Origin: an uncultured Gammaproteobacteria bacterium
GTDB taxonomy: Bacteria; Pseudomonadota; Gammaproteobacteria; DRLM01
Reading direction: 5' to 3'
Assembly: GCA_963729605.1 (NCBI GenBank)
Contig: CAVSNY010000003.1
Location: 352,001-416,000 of the forward strand
Length of the DNA: 64,000 bases
This document shows positions 56,193 through 64,000 of this stretch, in pieces. The position numbers and the translations under genes were made by a program. The notes beneath the pieces were generated by a model. The model made no database searches, was not told the DNA's origin, and saw nothing but the letters and a program-made list of their open reading frames with translations. Within the stretch, counting starts at the first letter, position 1. Each line of letters begins with the position of its first letter.

Positions 56193-57437
56193 TCACTTGA
56201 GCCTGCGGAACACCAGCGTGCCGTTGGTGCCGCCGAAACCGAAGGAGTTGGAGATGGCCACGTCGATCTTCATCGAACGCGCCTCGTTGGGCACATAGTC
56301 GAGGTCGCAATCGGGATCGGCCGTGAACTGGTTGATGGTGGGCGGCGCCACCTGGTCGCGGATGGCGAGCACGCTGTAAATCGCCTCGATGCCGCCGGCC
56401 GCGCCGAGCAGATGGCCGGTCATGGATTTGGTGGAGCTCATCGCCAAACGCCGGGCGTGATCGCCGAACGCGGTCTTCACCGCCGCGGTTTCCGCCTTGT
56501 CGCCGACCGGCGTGGAGGTGCCGTGGGCGTTGATGTAATCCACTTCATCGGCGTTGACGCCGCCGTTGCGCAGGGCGTTGACCATGCAGCGGCGCGCGCC
56601 GTCGCCGCCTTCCGAGGGCTGGGTCATGTGATAGGCGTCGCCGCTCATGCCGAAACCGCTCAGCTCGGCGTAAATTTTCGCGCCGCGGCGTTTGGCGTGT
56701 TCGTATTCTTCCACCACCACCACCCCGGCGCCGTCGCTCATCACGAAGCCGTCGCGGTCGAGATCGAAGGGGCGGCTGGCGGTCGCGGGGTCGTCGTTGC
56801 GGGTGGAGAGCGCCCGCGCCGCGGCGAAGCCCGCCAGCCCGCTGGGCGAGGTGGCCATCTCGGCGCCGCCGGCGATCATCACGTCGGCGTCGCCGTATTC
56901 GATGATGCGCCCCGCCTCGCCGATGCTATGGGTACCGGTGGTGCAGGCGGTGACGTAGGCGATGTTGGGACCCTTCAAACCATACAGGATCGACAGATTG
57001 CCCGAGATCATATTGATGATGTTGCTGGGAATGAAGAACGGCGAGACCTTGCGCGGACCGCCGTCCAGCACGGCCTTGTAGCCCTTTTCGATGCCGGGCA
57101 GGCCGCCGATGCCGGAACCGATGGCGACGCCGATGCGCTCGGCGTTGGCCTCGGTCACTTCCAGGCCCGAATCCTTGATGGCCTCCATGCCGGCCGCGAT
57201 GCCGTAGTGGATGAAGGGGTCCATCCGCCGCGATTCCTTGGGCGGCAGGTAATCATCGACATTGAAACCCCACACCGAACCGCCGATGCGCGAGGCATAG
57301 TCGGACACGTCAAAATGGGCAATGGCGCGTATGCCGCTTTTGCCGGCGAGGATGTTCGCCCAATTTTCCTGGACGCTGAGACCCAAAGGACTGACCATTC
57401 CAAGTCCGGTGATGACGACGCGTCTTTTATTACCCAC
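56193..57437 (-). CDS. fabF: beta-ketoacyl-ACP synthase II
   Basis: [31 protein letters not shown]. Confidence 0.97.
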   Translation of the reverse strand: MGNKRRVVITGLGMVSPLGLSVQENWANILAGKSGIRAIAHFDVSDYASRIGGSVWGFNVDDYLPPKESRRMDPFIHYGIAAGMEAIKDSGLEVTEANAERIGVAIGSGIGGLPGIEKGYKAVLDGGPRKVSPFFIPSNIINMISGNLSILYGLKGPNIAYVTACTTGTHSIGEAGRIIEYGDADVMIAGGAEMATSPSGLAGFAAARALSTRNDDPATASRPFDLDRDGFVMSDGAGVVVVEEYEHAKRRGAKIYAELSGFGMSGDAYHMTQPSEGGDGARRCMVNALRNGGVNADEVDYINAHGTSTPVGDKAETAAVKTAFGDHARRLAMSSTKSMTGHLLGAAGGIEAIYSVLAIRDQVAPPTINQFTADPDCDLDYVPNEARSMKIDVAISNSFGFGGTNGTLVFRRLK

Positions 57438-57569
57438 CTTGCTGCTTAGCTCCCCTTAGCGTGCTTATTTCACAGGCCGCGGCTACACACTCACCGGGCG
57501 CGGCACACCCACTTACAGAAGGCCACTGGAAGCGCGCGCGCCCGCCGCGGCCTTCTTTAAGTCGGTGAG

Positions 57570-57806
57570 TTATCCCAAACGAGAATTGACGTAATTGATG
57601 GCTTGTTGAACCGTTGTAATCTTCTCGGCTTCCTCATCGGGAATTTCGCACTCGAACTCTTCCTCGAGCGCCATCACCAGCTCGACGGTATCGAGCGAGT
57701 CAGCGCCAAGATCGTCGACAAAGGAGGATTCATTGCTCACTTCTTCCTCTTTTACCCCCAGTTGTTCGATAACGATTTTTTTGACGCGTTCTTCCACGGT
57801 GCTCAT
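57570..57806 (-). CDS. acpP: acyl carrier protein
   Basis: [20 protein letters not shown]. Confidence 0.98.
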   Translation of the reverse strand: MSTVEERVKKIVIEQLGVKEEEVSNESSFVDDLGADSLDTVELVMALEEEFECEIPDEEAEKITTVQQAINYVNSRLG

Positions 57807-57979
57807 GATAAACAGTTCCTCCAAAGAATAATGCGCAGGTTAAAACTGCGGACGGTATTGTATTGGAATCCTTCCGGCGATGCCAGACAAAACTCCCCAT
57901 GTCGACGGCACGGTTTTCCCCACACCGCCGTCTCGAAAAATGTCGTTATTTCAAAGCACAGGCCCGACACTTGATCTTT

Positions 57980-58723
57980 TTAGTTCATGTACATGCCACC
58001 ATTGACGTGCAGGGTTTGCCCGGTAATGTAGCCCGCCTGCGGCGAGGCGAGAAAGACCACCGCCGCGGCGATTTCATCGGCCAGTCCCAACCTTTGCAAA
58101 GGAATCTGCCGCAACAACTCTTGCTTCTGTTCCTCGGGCAGACCGCGGGTCATGTCGGTGTCGATGAAGCCGGGCGCCACCGCGTTCACCGTCACGCCGC
58201 GCGAGGCCACTTCCCGCGCCAGCGCCTTGGTGAAGCCGAGTATACCGGCCTTGGCCGCCGCGTAATTGGTTTGTCCCGCGTTGCCGATCGCACCCACCAC
58301 CGAGGCGATGCTGATGATGCGGCCCTTGCGCGCCTTCATCATCGGCCGCATGCAGGCCTTGCTCAGGCGAAACACCGAGCTGAGGTTGGTGGCGATGATC
58401 TCGTCCCACTCCTCGTCCTTCATGCGCATGAGCAAATTGTCGAGGGTAATGCCGGCGTTGTTCACCAGGATACTCGGCGCACCGTACTCTTTTTGGATCG
58501 CCGCCATCACCGCGTCGATCGAGGCGGGCGCGGTGACGTCCAGCAACATGCCCGCGCCCCGCACGCCGCCCTCCCGCAAATAGGCGCTGATGTTTTCCGC
58601 GCCGGCGGCCGAGGTCGCGGTGCCGATCACCGTCGCGCCGGCGCGGCCCAACTCCAGGGCGATGGCGCGGCCGATGCCGCGGCTGGCGCCGGTGACCAAG
58701 GCGATTTCGTTTTCCAGTGACAT
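57980..58723 (-). CDS. fabG: 3-oxoacyl-ACP reductase
   Basis: TGASRGIG, NNAGIT, NYAAAKAG, LHVNGGMYM. Confidence 0.97.
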   Translation of the reverse strand: MSLENEIALVTGASRGIGRAIALELGRAGATVIGTATSAAGAENISAYLREGGVRGAGMLLDVTAPASIDAVMAAIQKEYGAPSILVNNAGITLDNLLMRMKDEEWDEIIATNLSSVFRLSKACMRPMMKARKGRIISIASVVGAIGNAGQTNYAAAKAGILGFTKALAREVASRGVTVNAVAPGFIDTDMTRGLPEEQKQELLRQIPLQRLGLADEIAAAVVFLASPQAGYITGQTLHVNGGMYMN

Positions 58724-58879
58724 GCCCCCCTCCTTATGATTAAAACCTAGCTCAAAATCGGAATAGAGACCCAATCGGCTGCGCTCTCCCCGCCCGGGAA
58801 CGACGGTCCGTCGGCGAATAATCCATCGTCATGGGCGATCACTCGCACCCCATTCTCAACGTCGATTTTGAGATGGTTT

Positions 58880-59815
58880 CTATTCAGCCGTCGCGTTCAA
58901 GGCCTCGTCCAGACTCGCCGGATCGAATACCGGCAGCGCGGTCATCTCCCGGTCGATGCGCTTATTCAAACCCGCCAGCACCTTGCCGGGACCGCATTCG
59001 ATCACCGTCCGCGCACCGCGCTCACTCAGCGATTGGATGGTTTCCACCCATCGCACCGGGCTCACCAGTTGTCGGACCAGCGCGTCGCGGATGGCCTGCG
59101 GATCTTGGGTGGTGATGACGTTGACGTTATTGATCACGGGAATGAGCGGCGGTGCGACGTCGACTTTTTCCAGATAGGCGGCCAGCCGCTCCGCCGCCGG
59201 CGCCATCAGCTCGCAATGAGACGGCACGCTCACCGGCAACAGCACCGCGCGCTTGGCGCCGGCCTGTTTGGCGTGTTCCACCGCGCGCGCCACCGCCGTG
59301 GCGTGACCGGCGATCACCACCTGGCCGGGCGAATTGAAATTCACCGCCGAGACCACCTCGCCCTGCGCCGCGTTTTCACAGGCGGCGATCACCGCCGCGT
59401 CGTCCAGTCCCAGGATCGCCGCCATCGCCCCCTGTCCGGAGGGCACCGCCTCTTGCATATAACGCCCGCGTTCCGCGACCGCCGCCACCGCCTGCGGCAG
59501 CGACAAGGCACCGGCGCACACCAGCGCGGTGTATTCGCCCAGGCTGTGTCCGGCCAGAAACGCGGGTTGCGCGCCGCCGCGGGTCTGCCAGACCCGCCAC
59601 ACCGCGACGCCCGCGGTCAACATCGCCGGCTGGGTTTTATCGGTGCGATTGAGGTCCTCCTCCGGCCCGCGTTGCGCCAAGGCCCACAGATCGTACCCCA
59701 GCACCGCGGAGGCTTCGCCGAACGTGGCGGTGACGATGGGGTAGGTCTCCGCCAGCGCCGCCAACATGCCCACGGATTGTGAACCTTGACCGGGAAAAAT
59801 GCAGGCGAACGACAT
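58880..59815 (-). CDS. fabD: malonyl-CoA:ACP transacylase
   Basis: FPGQGSQ, GHSLGEY, VSVPSH. Confidence 0.97.
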   Translation of the reverse strand: MSFACIFPGQGSQSVGMLAALAETYPIVTATFGEASAVLGYDLWALAQRGPEEDLNRTDKTQPAMLTAGVAVWRVWQTRGGAQPAFLAGHSLGEYTALVCAGALSLPQAVAAVAERGRYMQEAVPSGQGAMAAILGLDDAAVIAACENAAQGEVVSAVNFNSPGQVVIAGHATAVARAVEHAKQAGAKRAVLLPVSVPSHCELMAPAAERLAAYLEKVDVAPPLIPVINNVNVITTQDPQAIRDALVRQLVSPVRWVETIQSLSERGARTVIECGPGKVLAGLNKRIDREMTALPVFDPASLDEALNATAE

Positions 59816-59891
59816 AAGGGGTCCTCGATTGAACGTGACGGATTTTTTTAGAAGGCGGAGGTAACGAAGCTCAATCCATGAGTACCGAAAA

Positions 59892-60848
59892 TTAATACTT
59901 CAACAACACCGAGCCCCAGGTGAAGCCCGCGCCGAAGGCCTCCAGCATCACCGTGTCGCCGCGTTGAATGCGGCCGTCGCGCACCGCGGTGTCGAGGGCC
60001 AGGGGAATCGACGCCGCCGAAGTATTGCCGTGGCCGGCCACCGTGACCACCACCCGGTCCATGGGCAGGCTCATTTTCTTGGCGGTGGCTTCGATGATGC
60101 GGTAATTGGCCTGATGCGGCACCAGCCAATCGATCGCGGAGCGCGGCAAATCGTTGGCCTGCAAGGTCTCATCGACCAGGGAGCCCAAGGTATTCACCGC
60201 CACCTTGAACACTTCGCGGCCCTGCATGTGAATGAAGGCTTCTTGTTCGTAACCGCGCGAAATACCGGCGGGCACGGTCAGCAAGGGTTCGTAACGGCCG
60301 TCGGCGTGCAGATGGGTTGAAAGAATACCGGGCTCGTCGCTGGCGCTGAGCACCACCGCGCCGGCGCCGTCGCCGAACAACACGCAGGTGCCGCGGTCGC
60401 TCCAGTCGATGATGCGCGACAAAGTCTCCGCACCCAAGACCAGGGCGTGGCGCGCGCTGCCGGTGCGGATGAATTTATTCGCCATGTCCAGCGCGTAGAT
60501 GAAGCCGGTGCACACCGCCTGCAAATCGAAGGCGGCGCAACCCTGGATGCCCAAACGTTGCTGCAACAAACAAGCGGTGCTGGGAAACACCTGGTCGGGC
60601 GTAGTGGTGGCGACGATGATTAGATCAATGTCCTGCGCGGCGATGCCCGCCGCCTCGATGGCGCGGCGCGCGGCGGCCTCCGCCAGATCGCAGGTGGTTT
60701 CATCGGGCGCGGCGATGTGACGCTCGCGTATGCCGGTGCGCTCGAAGATCCACGCATCGGTGGTGTCGACCATGGTTTCGAGTTCGGCGTTGGTCAACAC
60801 CTTCTCGGGCAGATAACCGCCGGTGCCTGTCAGCCGCGAATAGCTCAA
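59892..60848 (-). CDS. fabH: beta-ketoacyl-ACP synthase III
   Basis: TTG start; [20 protein letters not shown]. Confidence 0.95.
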   Translation of the reverse strand: MSYSRLTGTGGYLPEKVLTNAELETMVDTTDAWIFERTGIRERHIAAPDETTCDLAEAAARRAIEAAGIAAQDIDLIIVATTTPDQVFPSTACLLQQRLGIQGCAAFDLQAVCTGFIYALDMANKFIRTGSARHALVLGAETLSRIIDWSDRGTCVLFGDGAGAVVLSASDEPGILSTHLHADGRYEPLLTVPAGISRGYEQEAFIHMQGREVFKVAVNTLGSLVDETLQANDLPRSAIDWLVPHQANYRIIEATAKKMSLPMDRVVVTVAGHGNTSAASIPLALDTAVRDGRIQRGDTVMLEAFGAGFTWGSVLLKY

Positions 60849-61871
60849 ACCGCACGCCTCTCTACTAATTGCTCTTCCAGATATTTGTTGATGCGCTGCG
60901 GCACCGACTTGCGCACTTCCAAGCCCGCTTCTTTGATGGCGTTGGCGTAGGCCACGATGTCCGCGCCGCCGTGACTTTTGATCACGATGCCCTGCAAGCC
61001 GAGCAGGCTGGCGCCATTGTACTGCCTGCGGATCGATCTTGGCGCGGAAGGATTTCAGCACCGGCATGGCCAGGGCCGCCACAAACGGTTGGTCAAGGGC
61101 GAGCGGCGGAATTCCTGTTCCATGTAATGGCGTGATCATCCGCGCCACGCCCTCGCTGGTCTTCAAGGCCACGTTGCCGACGAAGCCGTCGCAGACCACC
61201 ACGTCGACCGCCCCGCTGTAAATGTCGTCGCCTTCGATGAATCCGACGTAATTCAACTGGCTGGCCGACAGCAGGCGCCCGGCTTCCTTGACCCGCTCGT
61301 TGCCCTTCATCTCTTCCTCGCCGATATTCAACAGGCCCACCTTCGGCGAGGCGATGTTTTCCACGGCGCTGGTGAGGGCCACGCCCATCACCGCGAATTG
61401 GAACAGGGTCTCCGCGTCGGAATCCACATTGGCGCCCAAATCGAGCATGTGGGTGTGGCCTTTGATGGTGGGCAAGGCGGAGCAGATCGCGGGACGGTCG
61501 ATGCCGGGCAGGGTCTTCAGCACGAAACGGGCGGTGGCCATCAGGGCACCGGTGTTGCCGGCGCTGACGCAGGCGTCCGCCGTGCCTTGCTTCACCAGGT
61601 CGATGGCCACCCGCATCGACGAGTCCTTTTTGCCGCGCAAGGCCGCCGACGGCAATTCGTCCATGGTCACCACTTGCGAGGCATGGTGCACGCTGAGCCG
61701 CTCGGCGGGACCGCCGCCGAATTTGCGCACGGCGGCCTCGAGCACCTCGCGGTCGCCCACTAATATCAGCTTTAAATCTTCCTGTTCCGTCAGGGCATGC
61801 AACGCTGCGGGGACAACCACCGGCGGTCCGTGGTCGCCCCCCATGCCGTCCAGGGCGATGGTGAGGCTCAA
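60845..61871 (-). CDS. plsX: phosphate acyltransferase PlsX with frameshifts at ~61130-61030
   Basis: [23 protein letters not shown]; the conserved tail [18 protein letters not shown] is in another frame and ends at TGA 60845. Confidence 0.93.
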
Positions 61872-61874
61872 GCC

Positions 61875-62054
61875 TTATTCACCCTTGGTGTTGAGCACCT
61901 TGCGGCCGCGATAATAGCCATTGGGGGTGATGTGATGACGCAGATGGGTTTCGCCGGAGGTGCTATCCACCGACAAGGCCTTCTCGCTCAAGGCGTCGTG
62001 GGCGCGGCGCATGCCACGCTTGGAAGGGGTTTTACGATTTTGTTGAACAGCCAT
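61875..62054 (-). CDS. rpmF: 50S ribosomal protein L32
   Basis: Not in ORF track: [22 protein letters not shown]...[17 protein letters not shown] (59 aa). Confidence 0.97.
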   Translation of the reverse strand: MAVQQNRKTPSKRGMRRAHDALSEKALSVDSTSGETHLRHHITPNGYYRGRKVLNTKGE

Positions 62055-62102
62055 GGTAACGCTCCTAATTAAATTAAATTCTCTGGCCGGCCGCGCCGGG
62101 TC

Positions 62103-62615
62103 TCAGTTCGACTTCAAACGGGCCAACACCGCGAAGGGATTGGGCTTGTCCGCCGGACTCGCCTCGTCCTCCCGCGTATCGCCGACCGCCGCCTCGCACG
62201 CCCCCGGCTCGTGACGGGGAAACACCGGCAGCGCCAGCAATATTTCATCTTCGACCAACTCGGCCAGCGACACCGGGTCATCGCCGACCAGCAGCGGATC
62301 GTAGACCTCGGGCAATTGCTCCGCACCCTGCTCCGAGGCGACGACACCCAAATTCACTTGCGCGTCCACCGTCCATACCATCGGTTGCAGACAACGCTGG
62401 CATATCAACGTCACATCGGTGCGGACCCGGCCTTGCACGACGCGCGTACCCTGCGCGTCCACATCGAATTGCAGCCCGACTTCCGCGGCCCCGTTCGGAT
62501 CGGCGACGGCATCCGCCAAACGCCGCATACGGCTGAAAGAAACCGTGCCCGCGAGTGCATTGCCCATGTCGGCGAAGCGCACCGGGTCGATATAGTCGGG
62601 TAGGCGGTTTGACAT
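62103..62615 (-). CDS. yceD: YceD/DUF177 family protein
   Basis: CQRCL, VEDEILLALP, NPFAVL; upstream of rpmF. Confidence 0.92.
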   Translation of the reverse strand: MSNRLPDYIDPVRFADMGNALAGTVSFSRMRRLADAVADPNGAAEVGLQFDVDAQGTRVVQGRVRTDVTLICQRCLQPMVWTVDAQVNLGVVASEQGAEQLPEVYDPLLVGDDPVSLAELVEDEILLALPVFPRHEPGACEAAVGDTREDEASPADKPNPFAVLARLKSN

Positions 62616-62852
62616 AAGCGCGCAATCATATATTTTGCGCGTGCCCCTGTCAAAGGGATCACCCCCAAAAATGCAGAGATTCCAGACAATTGCGCTTGAC
62701 TTCCGCCGGGGAATTCCGTAGAAACGGGGGCTGGCCGTCGGGGATGCGCGAGAGGAACCAAGGGATGCTTTTTGCAAGACGGGCTCTGTTAAAACAAGTG
62801 GATAGCGCGATTACGGTCGCCCTCCCCGTTCTATTACCCGGAGAAAAATCCC

Positions 62853-64000
62853 TTGATTGAGAAGATACTGATCGCCAACCGCGGCGAGATCGCGGTGCGT
62901 ATCGTGCGGGCCTGCGCCGAAATGGGCATCACCTCGGTGGCCATTTACACCGACGCCGACCGCCACAGTCTCCATCTCAAAAAGGCCGATGAATCTTACA
63001 ACATCGGCCCCGACTCGGTGGCCGGTTATCTCAACGCCAACCGCATCGTCAACCTGGCTGTGGCCACCGGCTGCGATGCCCTCCATCCCGGTTATGGTTT
63101 CCTTTCCGAGAATCCGATGCTGGCCGACATTTGCGCCCGGCGCGGCATTCAGTTCATCGGCCCCAACGCCTCGGTGATCCGCAAGATGGGCGACAAGGTC
63201 GAGGCGCGCAAGGCCATGATCAAGGCCGGCATCCCGGTGACGCCGGGCAGCGAGGGGAGTGTCGCCGGCGTGGAGGAAGCGGCGAGTATTTCCCGCGAGA
63301 TCGGTTACCCCGTGATGTTAAAGGCGACTTCCGGCGGCGGCGGCCGCGGCATCCGCCGCTGCGAAAACGAGGCGGAACTGCGCCGCAACTACGACCGGGT
63401 AGTCTCCGAGGCCACCAAGGCCTTCGGCAGCGCCGACGTGTTCGTGGAAAAATGCATCGTCAATCCGCGCCACATCGAGTTCCAAATTCTTGCCGACCAT
63501 CACGGCCACGTGGTGCATTTGTTCGAACGCGACTGTTCGATACAACGCCGCCATCAAAAACTGCTGGAGATCGCGCCTTCGCCGCAACTCAGCGAGGAGC
63601 AGCGCAAGACCCTCGGCAAACTGGCGGTGCGCGCGGCCAAGGCGGTCAAATATCAAAACGCCGGCACCGTGGAGTTTCTCATGGACCAGGACGGCCGGTT
63701 TTATTTCATGGAGATGAACACCCGCCTGCAAGTGGAGCATCCGGTCACCGAACAGATCACCGGCATCGACATCGTGCAGGAACAGATCCGCATCGCCGCC
63801 GGCCTGCCGCTGCGTTACAAACAGAGCGAGATCAAACGCCGCGGTTACGCCCTGGAATTCCGCATCAACGCCGAAGATCCCGAAGAACGATTTCCTGCCG
63901 AGCTTCGGCCGCATCACCCGTTATTTCGCGCCGGGCGGACCGGGCGTGCGCACCGACGCGGCGATTTACACCGGTTATGAATTGCCGCCCCATTACGATT
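62853..64000 (+). CDS. biotin carboxylase subunit (probably pyruvate carboxylase subunit A), partial, 1-nt frameshift near 63880
   Basis: [42 protein letters not shown]; after INAEDP the expected [23 protein letters not shown] continues in another frame. Confidence 0.9.

Noticed and set aside
59892-61871. Apparent 659-aa PlsX-FabH fusion
   Set aside because: The conserved PlsX tail is in another frame with its own stop overlapping the fabH TTG; the fusion results from frameshifts.

Overview
GC-rich gammaproteobacterial chromosomal segment that contains the dif site (13954-13981), so probably the replication terminus. Left to right: (i) a sigma54-controlled contractile injection system (eCIS)-like operon on the minus strand (sheath, tube, baseplate-like, DUF4255, AAA+ ATPase, papain-like protease, DUF4157-type gene running off the window) with its own enhancer-binding protein; (ii) a 1.8-kb element bounded by two dif-like sites that carries a filamentous-phage DUF3653-like gene, three tandem divergent Ff/M13-type rolling-circle origins and a gene-X-like (Rep C-terminus only) ORF but no replicase, which is the most unusual item; (iii) a RAYT remnant, an IS3, an IS1111-type IS110 inserted in a REP, and a broken orphan gene; (iv) a ~2560-aa teneurin-like YD-repeat toxin with a putative immunity gene; (v) a Fur-boxed small gene, a TonB-dependent receptor and yqjDEK-like genes; (vi) a form I aerobic CO dehydrogenase cluster with rcoM and candidate operator repeats; (vii) housekeeping genes from cysG to yceD and a partial biotin carboxylase. 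Single-base frameshifts in conserved genes (ftsK, plsX, biotin carboxylase) suggest residual sequencing error. All family calls come from motif recognition by eye; no database search was run.
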